Notes: generated by a model not told the origin, from the sequence alone. Positions 1 to 6,704 are shown, numbered from the stretch's first letter. The stretch: DNA of 9,882 nucleotides from Leidyana gryllorum EB-2025a (GCA_048772705.1 JBLWGC010000209.1:1-9882), one strand, 5' to 3'. A program made the numbers and translations.

Positions 1-68
1 TGGGCTGGGAATCGATCCCAGAACCTTCCGCATACTAAGCACCGTTTCATCATCTGGGCTTGCCTCCC
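1..68 (-). pseudogene. Degenerate tRNA-Ala(AGC)-derived pseudogene, 3' end at the window edge
   Basis: Colinear with the intact Ala gene at 9681-9753 (ctggg.atcgatcccag.acct...gcat.ctaagc), with many mismatches. Confidence 0.6.
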
Positions 69-157
69 TCTGTGCCTACCTCATGGCATTGAGTGAGACT
101 TCACATAGTGAGACGAGTCTCTCGACTGTACCCAGCGGGTTGAACCACCGACTAGGC

Positions 158-229
158 GGCTGTTTGGTCTGGTGGTATGATCCTTCCTTAGGGTGGAAAG
201 AGTCCTGGGTTCGATTCCCAGAACAGCCC
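158..229 (+). tRNA. tRNA-Pro-AGG: tRNA-Pro(AGG), variant
   Basis: Acceptor GGCTGTT/AACAGCC, anticodon loop TTAGGGT, T-loop GTTCGATTC. A14>G and one anticodon-stem mismatch. Confidence 0.85.
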
Positions 230-330
230 GTCTGATAGTTGTTGACGCAACACGGCACTCGACCCATCCCGGACAGCTAAGACACGATCTGAGTTGTTGA
301 CTCAACAGGCTGCAACCCGGCCATTCGTCC

Positions 331-403
331 AGACGCTACTGGGACTCGAACCCAGAATCCCCGGTTCCGTAGACCGATGCCATATCCATTAGGCCATAGC
401 GCC
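331..403 (-). tRNA. tRNA-Arg-ACG: tRNA-Arg(ACG)
   Basis: Reverse complement GGCGCTA...TCGGT-CTACGGA-ACCGG...GTTCGAGTCC...TAGCGTCT gives a full cloverleaf. Confidence 0.92.
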
Positions 404-524
404 GACTACCGGAGCCGTCAAATGGGCGTGTGTAGCGATCAAGACAGGACATGGGCAGCTACGCCCGATGGTGGGTGTGGACAGACTTCACCCACATCTC
501 CCATTCGAGACATCGGGGACATAC

Positions 525-597
525 TATCCAAGCCGGGATTCGGGCCTGGGTATGCACGGCCACAACTTGCTGTTGTAAGCACCTAGACGACCCGGAC
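525..597 (-). pseudogene. tRNA-His(GTG) pseudogene
   Basis: Colinear with His at 5756-5827. D, anticodon and T arms are mutated. Confidence 0.8.
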
Positions 598-732
598 AAT
601 CTTCAAGTGAGGCTGGTATGTCGGCGTGACCAAGTGAGTGGATCTCTGATACAAATTCGGACTTAGTAACCAATTCCATTTGTATTGATCGTGGAATCCT
701 GTGCCTTCCTCGGGTACGGGGCGAGCTTCCTT

Positions 733-805
733 GCCGCGCCAGCTCCGTCGGTAGAGCGCAAGACTTTCAATGGAGAGACCGCGGGTTCGGACAGCGCGAG
801 CGGTC
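733..805 (+). pseudogene. tRNA-Lys(TTT)-derived pseudogene
   Basis: Colinear with Lys at 7022-7094. Anticodon loop CTTTCAA, stems disrupted. Confidence 0.75.
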
Positions 806-865
806 CGAGTCAAGCTGCTGAATCGTATGTGAAGCCACTGCCTGCGGCATGCCGAGTTCTACCGT

Positions 866-947
866 TGCAACTTGCCCGAGTGGTTAAGGGGGTAGACTAG
901 AAATCTACTGGGCCTGGCCCGCGCTGGTTCAAATCCAGCAGTTGTCG
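866..947 (+). tRNA. tRNA-Ser-AGA: tRNA-Ser(AGA), G1>T variant
   Basis: GTAGA-CTAGAAA-TCTAC anticodon arm, long variable arm GGGCCTGGCCC, T-loop GTTCAAATC, G73. Confidence 0.9.
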
Positions 948-1068
948 TGTGCTGCGATCATCGGAGTAGGCGGCTGGGCTCAAAACACCACCACTGCATG
1001 CTAGACATTGCAGTGGCGACGCAGAGGCATCAAGTAAGTGAATAGGTGCCATCTGTCGTCGCAGAAGT

Positions 1069-1142
1069 GGTCGCGTGGCTCAGTCGGTTAGAGCGTGAGC
1101 CTAATAAGCTCAAGGTCCCCGGTTTGAGCCCGGGCGTGACCA
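1069..1142 (+). tRNA. tRNA-Ile-AAT: tRNA-Ile(AAT), C56>T variant
   Basis: Acceptor GGTCGCG/CGTGACC, arm TGAGC-CTAATAA-GCTCA. The T-loop reads TTTGAGC (B-box mutation). Confidence 0.85.
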
Positions 1143-1242
1143 AGTGAGTGGATCTTTGATAAAGAGTTGCCCTGGACCCGAGGAAGCCCCAACATTCTGC
1201 GACCAATACGGGAGAAACTAGTTACTGAGTCCGAGCTTCCTT

Positions 1243-1315
1243 GCCGCGCCAGCTCCGTCGGTAGACCCCTAGACTTTCAATGGGGAGACCGCGGCTTCGG
1301 GCAGCGCGAGCAGTC
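1243..1315 (+). pseudogene. tRNA-Lys(TTT)-derived pseudogene, second copy
   Basis: Paralog of 733-805 with the same lesions plus additional ones. Confidence 0.7.
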
Positions 1316-1377
1316 CGACTCAAGCTTGCTACATCGTATGTGAAGCCACAGGGCGCAAGATGACAAGTCCGACAGGT

Positions 1378-1458
1378 GGCAACTTGCCCGAGTGGTTAAG
1401 GGGTAGACTAGAAATCTACTGGGCCTGGGCCGCGCTGGTGCAGATCCAGCAGTTGTTG
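1378..1458 (+). pseudogene. tRNA-Ser(AGA) probable pseudogene
   Basis: Copy of 866-947 with a 1-nt deletion and T-loop GTGCAGATC. Confidence 0.85.
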
Positions 1459-1532
1459 TGCGATGTGATTGGAGGGGTCAGACACCAACTTATGCATGAA
1501 TTTCTGAATGGTGGAAAACAAGATGTGTCCTC

Positions 1533-1603
1533 TGCATCTGCCGGGAATCGAACCCGGGTCGTCTCGATGGCAACGAGACATTCTACCACTAGACCACAGA
1601 TAC
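1533..1603 (-). tRNA. tRNA-Gly-GCC: tRNA-Gly(GCC)
   Basis: Reverse complement GTATCTG...TCTCG-TTGCCAT-CGAGA...GTTCGATTCC...CAGATGCA. C2>T gives a U:G pair. Confidence 0.92.
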
Positions 1604-1656
1604 GTGACACCTTGTTGTTGGACCTCGTACACGGTAACTGCCGTTTTCTGAACGAA

Positions 1657-1728
1657 TGGAACATAGCATAGTGGTTACCATTTTCGCCTGTCACGCCTAA
1701 GAAGCGGGCCCGATTGCCGGTAAATGAG
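1657..1728 (+). pseudogene. tRNA-Asp(GTC) pseudogene
   Basis: atag.atagtggtta...cgcctgtcacgc is colinear with Asp at 2032-2103. Acceptor and T arms are decayed. Confidence 0.75.
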
Positions 1729-1749
1729 TCTGGAACGGGGGATGGTTCT

Positions 1750-1821
1750 GGGCCTATGGCGCAACGGTAGCGCGTCTGACTCCAGATCAGAAGGTTGGGT
1801 GTTCGAATCACTCTGGGCTCA
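1750..1821 (+). tRNA. tRNA-Trp-CCA: tRNA-Trp(CCA)
   Basis: Acceptor GGGCCTA/TGGGCTC, arm TCTGA-CTCCAGA-TCAGA, T-loop GTTCGAATC. A T5 run lies ~13 nt downstream. Confidence 0.95.
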
Positions 1822-1857
1822 ACCGAACTCTATGTTTTTCCCGTTTGGGGCGCAACC

Positions 1858-1937
1858 TGACAAAAGTGGGATTCGAACCCACGACCTTTCGGACTCCGGT
1901 CTGAGCACAGCGCCTCAGACCACTCGGTCATCTTGCC
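1858..1937 (-). pseudogene. tRNA-Leu(CAG), degenerate variant
   Basis: Paralog of 5381-5460. Anticodon stem CTGTG/CGGAG and D-stem are disrupted. Confidence 0.8.
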
Positions 1938-2031
1938 GGGATGTTGTTGGCTCGCCGCTCCACGCGTTTTCTGTCCTTGGAATCTCAAAATGGAAGGACT
2001 TTTGGGATTGGAGGGCGGCGTGTTCACAGCG

Positions 2032-2103
2032 TCCGAGATAGTATAGTGGTTAGTATTTCCGCCTGTCACGCGGAAGACCCGGGTTCGATTCCCGGTCTCG
2101 GAG
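2032..2103 (+). tRNA. tRNA-Asp-GTC: tRNA-Asp(GTC)
   Basis: Acceptor TCCGAGA/TCTCGGA with G73, arm TCCGC-CTGTCAC-GCGGA, T-loop GTTCGATTC. Confidence 0.96.
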
Positions 2104-2217
2104 CAGTTCCAGCCCCTCACAACTGCTGCAACTCAGATTTTGTCTCAGCTGGTCTGGACTTCATCCGGGATCATACGACCTTGGAGAGACGTGGCATTTA
2201 GTCAACAACTATCAGAC

Positions 2218-2289
2218 GGGCTCTTCTGGGAATCGAACACAGGCCTTCTTCCACCCGAAGGAAGAATCATACCACTAGACCAATCAGCC
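2218..2289 (-). tRNA. tRNA-Pro-CGG: tRNA-Pro(CGG), damaged variant or possible pseudogene
   Basis: Arm CTTCC-TTCGGGT-GGAAG. Mismatches in the acceptor and T stems. Confidence 0.75.
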
Positions 2290-2373
2290 GTCGGTCGTGA
2301 AACCCGCTGAATACAGTCGAGAGAGTGGTCATACGATGTTGAGAACAAAAAAATGCGATGGGGTCTGCACAAT

Positions 2374-2446
2374 GGGCGACTAGCTCAAATGGTAGAGCGC
2401 TCGCTTAGCATGCGAGAGGTACTGGGATCGATGCCCAGGTCGTCCA
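2374..2446 (+). tRNA. tRNA-Ala-AGC: tRNA-Ala(AGC)
   Basis: G3:U70 pair, arm CTCGC-TTAGCAT-GCGAG, eukaryotic Ala T-loop ATCGATG. Identical to 9681-9753. Confidence 0.96.
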
Positions 2447-2477
2447 AACTTCGTAGTTTTCAACTGCCGGTATTTTT

Positions 2478-2509
2478 ACGACCTTGGAAGGGTCCAAGAG
2501 CACAAGTGC
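2478..2509 (-). pseudogene. Internally deleted tRNA-Gly(TCC) remnant
   Basis: tacgaccttggaagggtc and cacaagtgc match Gly at 4213-4283, with the D-arm region deleted. Confidence 0.6.
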
Positions 2510-2549
2510 CGTCTAGAGAGTACAGTGCCGTCTAGAGAGTACGGTGCCG
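2505..2549. repeat. 19 bp tandem duplication (agtgccgtctagagagtac x2 plus a partial copy)
   Basis: Directly visible. Confidence 0.9.
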
Positions 2550-2556
2550 CATAACC

Positions 2557-2629
2557 CGGTCCTGGTAGGTTTCGAACCTGCGACTTTGTGGTTAACAACC
2601 ACACGCTCTGCCGACTGAGCTACCAGACC
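2557..2629 (-). tRNA. tRNA-Asn-GTT: tRNA-Asn(GTT), variant
   Basis: Arm TGTGG-TTGTTAA-CCACA, T-loop GTTCGAAAC. One mismatch each in the acceptor and T stems. Confidence 0.85.
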
Positions 2630-2751
2630 CAGTGACAATCTTTCAGAGGTTAGTAGAGAGATCCTTCATCTTCTACCGAAGAATTTTGCAGCCCTCTCAG
2701 GTCGTTATCGAGACCTGAGAGACCAGCCAGAAAAGCTTGAGCTCGTGAGCA

Positions 2752-2823
2752 AGCCTTCTGCCGGAATCGAATCGGCGACCTTTCGCTTACTAAGCGAATG
2801 CTCTGCCCCTAAGCTAAGAGGGC
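2752..2823 (-). tRNA. tRNA-Thr-AGT: tRNA-Thr(AGT), variant
   Basis: Arm TTCGC-TTAGTAA-GCGAA. G53>A and one acceptor mismatch. Confidence 0.8.
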
Positions 2824-2911
2824 AATGCAAGCCGAAGATCACGAATCAGACACTATTGACGGAGATTGCTGGGCACTTTGCTCAAGTATTCCACTGACTT
2901 CAACCACTGAC

Positions 2912-2974
2912 TTCCACTGCCGGACTTGAGCGCGGAGCTTGCGGGTGAGGCCGCATCACTCAGACTACAGTGGA
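2912..2974 (-). pseudogene. tRNA-Glu pseudogene with deletions
   Basis: ttccactgccgg.acttga...gcgggtga.gccgcat...agactacagtgga is colinear with 7155-7227. Confidence 0.8.
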
Positions 2975-3038
2975 CAACATTCCACAGCGAAGGCAGCTAG
3001 TCAGCCAAATCATCGAAGTAAAGTGCTGAGCATTTGGC

Positions 3039-3111
3039 TACCTACGGCGAGACTCGAACTCGCAACCTTTGGATTAGAAGTCCAACGCGCTATCCATTGC
3101 GCCACGTAGGC
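3039..3111 (-). tRNA. tRNA-Arg-TCT: tRNA-Arg(TCT), intronless
   Basis: Reverse complement GCCTACG...TTGGA-CTTCTAA-TCCAA...GTTCGAGTC...CGTAGGTA. Confidence 0.95.
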
Positions 3112-3200
3112 GGCGGCTTTTCGACTAGATTGAAATAACAACATTCACGTTTTTGGACCACGCGCCAGCCGTTTCTCTGCAGCTAAAGTTGCATGGAGTT

Positions 3201-3273
3201 TGGACGACCTGGGTATCGATCCCAGTACCTCTCGCATGCAAAGCGAGCGCTGCACCATCTGAGCTAGCCGCCC
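3201..3273 (-). tRNA. tRNA-Ala-TGC: tRNA-Ala(TGC), D-arm variant
   Basis: Arm CTCGC-TTTGCAT-GCGAG, G3:U70. D-arm reads GGTGCAGC instead of GGTAGAGC. Confidence 0.85.
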
Positions 3274-3652
3274 ATCCGCTCATCCGCTCTACATGGATGA
3301 TGCGTCATTTTGAACCTGATCTGCATTCTTTCAGTTAAGCCCCAGAGTCAATGACGGCCTAAGGCCTTTAGGTTAAGCTAGATCTACGTGCCAGCCTGGT
3401 TAAGGGAGACACGAGCACGACACACACGTTTTTATTATTCATTTTTCATTACATTCCAATACAACTAATTCAATTACGGGCACTTACCAGACCAAAACCC
3501 AACTTCAGAATACCCAGATTAGCCATCAGTATAGATTATGGACCCAATGCATCCAACTAGGGACGGAACCAGCGATTCGGCGGATGTTCCGCCTATCAAA
3601 CCAATGGAAGACCTATTGCATCCAGTGGCTGACCGAGGGCCGATACAACGGC

Positions 3653-3725
3653 TGACAAGAGTGGGATTCGAACCCACGCCCTTTCGGACTGCGGCCTTCG
3701 CCTTGGACCACTCGGCCATCTTGCC
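3653..3725 (-). pseudogene. tRNA-Leu(AAG) pseudogene with a 7-nt anticodon-arm deletion
   Basis: Identical to 7985-8064 except for loss of aacacag. Confidence 0.9.
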
Positions 3726-3800
3726 GGAGTGCCCTTGGCTCGCCACTTTACACGCTTTCTGTCCGTGAAGTCTCGAGAAGGGAGGACTTTTGGGGTTGAA

Positions 3801-3991
3801 GATGTCGTTCTGGGTGCGGTGTACCCCCCCGAAGTACTATCACGGCCCGGGGTGCTTACATTACAACCCATCTGATTGTAGTGGTGGCATCAGATATTCG
3901 ACGGGTAAATGCCGTCCCACCCGGAGTTGAGGAGTGGACTTCTTACAACGTAATTCGTCTGAGGCTCCTGTTCCATTCCATACTCCGGTCG
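3801..3991 (-). other. Repeated non-tRNA element with 5S rRNA-like motifs, copy A
   Basis: Reverse complement TAAGCACCCCGGGCCGTGATAGTACTTCGGGGGGTACACCGC. Homologous to 5864-6022. Confidence 0.45.
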
Positions 3992-4065
3992 TCAACCCCA
4001 AAAGTCCTCCCTTCTCGAGACTTCACAGAAAGAAAGCGTGTAAAGTGGCGAGCCAAGGCCGCTCC

Positions 4066-4145
4066 GGCAAGATGGCCGAGTGGTCTAAGGCGCTGTGTTA
4101 AGGCCGCAGTCCGAAAGGGCGTGGGTTCGAATCCCACTCTTGTCA
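4066..4145 (+). tRNA. tRNA-Leu-AAG: tRNA-Leu(AAG)
   Basis: Acceptor GGCAAGA/TCTTGTC, arm CTGTG-TTAAGGC-CGCAG, variable arm CCGAAAGG, T-loop GTTCGAATC. Confidence 0.95.
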
Positions 4146-4212
4146 ACCGTTGTATTGTATTGAGTCGTCCCCTCTCTTCACCGATAGACAGGTCGTTCGA
4201 GCTACAAACGGC

Positions 4213-4283
4213 TGCACCTGCCGGGACTCGAACCCGGGTTACGACCTTGGAAGGGTCGCATCTTACCCTTAGACCACAAGTGC
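4213..4283 (-). tRNA. tRNA-Gly-TCC: tRNA-Gly(TCC)
   Basis: Reverse complement GCACTTG...CGACC-CTTCCAA-GGTCG...GTTCGAGTC...CAGGTGCA. Confidence 0.95.
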
Positions 4284-4359
4284 AATTGCGAAAGATCTGC
4301 AGCACCCCGAGAGACTCGGGCAATTTCTGCTTCCAGCTGTCTGCAACCTACTCAAGAAC

Positions 4360-4425
4360 GGACTGTTCGGGGATCGAATCGAGCACTTCCACAGACGAAG
4401 GAAATTGATACCACTAGCACTTCAA
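4360..4425 (-). pseudogene. Heavily decayed tRNA-Pro pseudogene
   Basis: ctgttc.ggg.atcgaa...cttccac..cgaaggaa...ataccactag resembles 2218-2289. Confidence 0.6.
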
Positions 4426-4506
4426 CTCGACATACGGGGCAGCGGCTCTCATACAGCTAGCAAGCTTGCCTCGGTCGAAACGGAACGTCGTCCGAGTGAG
4501 AGGATA

Positions 4507-4579
4507 TGATGCGGATCGGCCTCGGACCCACAACTCCCGGTTCCGAAGACCGATGCCCTATCCAGTAGGCCACCCCACC
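4507..4579 (-). pseudogene. tRNA-Arg(TCG) pseudogene
   Basis: Arm TCGGT-CTTCGGA-ACCGG is intact. T arm and acceptor are decayed. Confidence 0.75.
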
Positions 4580-4662
4580 ATGGAGAGGCTTCGGTCATCT
4601 CGATATCTCAGAACCTCCCCCAAACCGTTGTGAAAAAGTGCCAGCGAGTAAGACATGTCGTC

Positions 4663-4744
4663 GGCAAGGTGGCCGAGTGGTTAAGGCGGCGGCCTGCTAA
4701 GCCGTTGGGTTCTACCCGCGTGAGTTCGAATCTCACCCTTGTCG
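4663..4744 (+). tRNA. tRNA-Ser-GCT: tRNA-Ser(GCT)
   Basis: Acceptor GGCAAGG/CCTTGTC with G73, arm GCGGC-CTGCTAA-GCCGT, long variable arm, T-loop GTTCGAATC. Confidence 0.95.
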
Positions 4745-4935
4745 GTAGCATTCGGGGAGAGCGCGTCTGCTTCAATGATTGAACTGGGGATTTTGGCCGA
4801 CTCGAATCCAACTCTTTACGCTGGGGGCTGTAGACAAAAGCCAGTTACAATACTTCGAAGGTTAGTAGAGAGACCCGTGTTGCATGTGTCCAGTTGAGGA
4901 AGCGCTAGTCCGACTCTTCTGGGATGGGCTGAACC

Positions 4936-5005
4936 GGTTGCGTCCTTGGTGGTTAGCACTCGACACTTTGGATTTTCCGACCTGGGTTCGATCCCGGCGC
5001 GACCC
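4936..5005 (+). pseudogene. tRNA-Gln(TTG)-like pseudogene
   Basis: Acceptor GGTTGCG/CGCGACC, GTGGTTAGCACT, CTTTG loop, GGGTTCGATCCC. Anticodon stem is broken. Confidence 0.7.
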
Positions 5006-5064
5006 TTGAACTGGTCCTCTCCCTGAAGCTTCGCCACTTCTCTTGGGCTGCGGGGACCATCCAT

Positions 5065-5136
5065 GCAGCCATGGTCTAGTGGTCACGACGTCTGCTTCAC
5101 ACGCAGAAGGTCCCGATGCGATCCTCGGTGGCTGTA
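5065..5136 (+). pseudogene. tRNA-Val(CAC) with destroyed T-loop/B-box
   Basis: Identical to 8285-8357 except GAGTTCGA > GATGCGA. Confidence 0.85.
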
Positions 5137-5191
5137 GCTCGCAACTTTCAGCGAGATCCGAAAGAAACAATCCTAAGCGCAACCAACTGTG

Positions 5192-5261
5192 CTCCGAGAC
5201 CGGGAATTGATCTTGGTTGTCCGCGTGATAGGCGGAATACTAACCACTATACTATCTCGGA
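5192..5261 (-). pseudogene. tRNA-Asp pseudogene (anticodon mutated to ATC)
   Basis: Colinear with 2032-2103. T arm is decayed and there are small deletions. Confidence 0.85.
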
Positions 5262-5329
5262 CGCTCTGGATACGCTAGCCCCCAACCCCAGAAGTTCTTC
5301 CATTTTGAGATTCCACGGATAGAAAACGC

Positions 5330-5379
5330 GTGGAGCGGCGAGCCAACAACATTTGTGGAGCGGCGAGCCAACAACATTT
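5330..5379. repeat. 25 bp perfect tandem duplication just upstream of Leu(CAG)
   Basis: gtggagcggcgagccaacaacattt x2. Confidence 0.95.
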
Positions 5380-5380
5380 C

Positions 5381-5460
5381 GGCGAGATGGCCGAGTGGTC
5401 CAAGGCGCTGTGTTCAGGCCGCAGTCCGAAAGGGCGTGGGTTCGAATCCCACTCTTGTCA
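5381..5460 (+). tRNA. tRNA-Leu-CAG: tRNA-Leu(CAG)
   Basis: Arm CTGTG-TTCAGGC-CGCAG. The body is nearly identical to Leu(AAG) at 4066-4145. Confidence 0.93.
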
Positions 5461-5590
5461 GCCGTTGTAGTCAGAATAACTTGCGACTTCTTCCCAGCAT
5501 GCCCGCACGATGGGCGGGACTGCCCGCCGTGCACGTAGCACCCGGCTAACTTTTGTCGATACAACTGACACATGATTCTCCAGATAAGTT

Positions 5591-5662
5591 GCCTTCTTAG
5601 CTTAGGGGCAGAGCGTTCGCTTCGTAAGCGAGAAGTCGCCGGTTCGATTCCGGCAGAAGGCT
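5591..5662 (+). tRNA. tRNA-Thr-CGT: tRNA-Thr(CGT)
   Basis: Acceptor GCCTTCT/AGAAGGC, arm TTCGC-TTCGTAA-GCGAG, T-loop GTTCGATTC. Confidence 0.93.
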
Positions 5663-5755
5663 TTCCTCACGCACTTAAGCTATTCTGACGGGTCTCTCAG
5701 TCTCGATAAGGATCTGAGAGGTTTGGAGGGGATTTGCAATGCACTTTAGATTGGT

Positions 5756-5827
5756 TGTCCGAGCCAGGAATCGAGCCTGGGTTTGCACGGCCACAACGTG
5801 CTGTCCTAACCACTAGACGACTCGGAC
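5756..5827 (-). tRNA. tRNA-His-GTG: tRNA-His(GTG)
   Basis: Acceptor GTCCGAG/CTCGGAC with A73, arm GCACG-TTGTGGC-CGTGC, T-loop CTCGATT, no encoded G-1. Confidence 0.93.
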
Positions 5828-5863
5828 AAATCTTTGAGCGAGGCTGTAGAGGTAGCGAAGCAT

Positions 5864-6022
5864 CGACCAGGATGGGATGGAACAGCCACTCCTCAACTTC
5901 GGGTGGGACGGAATTTACTCGTGGAATATCTGATACCACCACTACAGTCAGATACGTTACCATCTAAGCACCCTGGGCCGTAAGAGTACTTCGGGGTGGC
6001 ACACCGCAGCCAGAACGACATC
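5864..6022 (+). other. Repeated non-tRNA element with 5S rRNA-like motifs, copy B
   Basis: ATACCACC...CTAAGCA...GGGCC...AGTACTT..GGGTGG..ACCGC....GAA, in the order of eukaryotic 5S motifs. Confidence 0.45.
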
Positions 6023-6073
6023 GGCGGTCGCAACGGAAGCCATTAACACTCTGGAACTCAGAAGGAAAGTAAT

Positions 6074-6157
6074 GCACAGATGCCCGAGTGGTCTAAGGGG
6101 CCAGACTCAAGTTCTGGTAGGCGCAAGTCTGCATGGGTTCGAATCCCGTTCTGTGCA
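6074..6157 (+). tRNA. tRNA-Leu-CAA: tRNA-Leu(CAA), intronless
   Basis: Acceptor GCACAGA/TCTGTGC, arm CCAGA-CTCAAGT-TCTGG, variable arm AGGC-GCAA-GTCT, T-loop GTTCGAATC. Confidence 0.95.
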
Positions 6158-6220
6158 ACGGCGATCATCCCCAAAAAAAGCTGGAAAAGGCCACAGTCGG
6201 TTGCATGCACCCGAGTATTC

Positions 6221-6290
6221 GGCTGTTGCTCTGCTGGTATGATCCTTCCTCAGAGTGGAAGGAGTCCTGGGTTCGATTCCAGAACAGCCC
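6221..6290 (+). pseudogene. tRNA-Pro pseudogene (loop TCAGAGT)
   Basis: Colinear with 158-229. D arm is decayed, with deletions, and the anticodon has drifted to AGA. Confidence 0.8.
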
Positions 6291-6431
6291 TATTGGTCGT
6301 CGTTTGACTTGACCGGACATGTTGCCCTCAGAATCAACACAGCCACCTCGTTAGCCCGCTTCGGTGGGGCAGTCAGGGCAACTAACATCTCGAAAATCAC
6401 ATTTCGGCTACCTCTTCCATGGTGCAGACTG

Positions 6432-6503
6432 AGCAGTGTAGCTCAGTGGAAGAGTGTTGGGCTCATAACCCGAAGGTCCGTCGATCGAAACGACGCACTG
6501 CTA
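6432..6503 (+). tRNA. tRNA-iMet-CAT: Initiator tRNA-iMet(CAT), eukaryotic type
   Basis: A1:U72 (AGCAGTG/CACTGCT), three G:C pairs GGG-CTCATAA-CCC, T-loop ATCGAAA (A54, A60). Confidence 0.95.
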
Positions 6504-6704
6504 AGTGTGCGCAGGAGGGAAGTCGTGTGCGACATATTCGTGGTAGACTTGTCGGCAAAAGTACTAACTTGGTTCTAAGTCTGACTTGTGGTCGAAAGTA
6601 TGCAGAGATGAGAACTGGGCCTCGTTCCCCTTGAGTAGCGACTTGGGGTTACAACACCATCCTGATAGATGCTTCGCTACCTCTACAGCCTCGCTCAAAG
6701 ATTT

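Larger units (their letters stand above)
623..1460. repeat. Diverged direct duplication, ~623-950 vs ~1133-1460 (Ile 3' end, spacer, psiLys, Ser)
   Basis: Both copies share ggcgtgaccaagtgagtggatct, gagcttccttgccgcgccagctccgtcggtaga, atcgtatgtgaagccac and a Ser(AGA) gene. Period is ~510 bp. Confidence 0.85.
3199..3801. repeat. Recent ~600 bp segmental duplication, copy 1 (copy 2 at 7531-8140)
   Basis: Ala, 370 bp insert, Leu and Leu upstream spacer. Only 2 substitutions seen between the two tRNAs. Confidence 0.95.
3643..4155. repeat. ~160 bp inverted repeat (3643-3799 / 3992-4155) made of divergent Leu genes and their upstream spacers
   Basis: gaagtctcgagaagggaggacttttggggttga is the reverse complement of tcaaccccaaaagtcctcccttctcgagacttc. 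Homology extends through both Leu genes. Confidence 0.92.

Noticed and set aside
892-908. Apparent CTA or TCA suppressor anticodons (Ser loop CTAGAAA; Pro pseudogene loop TCAGAGT)
   Set aside because: The correct 7-nt loop register gives AGA in both cases. No nonsense suppressor or Sec tRNA was found.
2873-2886. gcactttgctcaag resembling a dinoflagellate spliced-leader relic (ccattttggctcaag)
   Set aside because: Only 7 contiguous matching bases; compatible with chance.
3295-3320. ATGATGC...CTGA as a possible C/D snoRNA
   Set aside because: The C box is imperfect, and there is no terminal stem or convincing distal D box.
4750-4815. Possible additional tRNA remnants (also 6993-7015)
   Set aside because: Only short motifs (gaactggggatt...ctcgaatcc; gtaactcagtttagagc) are present, too degenerate to assign.
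5929-5938. TGGTATCAGA on the minus strand resembling an iMet primer-binding site
   Set aside because: It is not complementary to this organism's iMet 3' end (which would be TGGTAGCAGTG), there is no adjacent LTR, and it is not conserved in the second copy.
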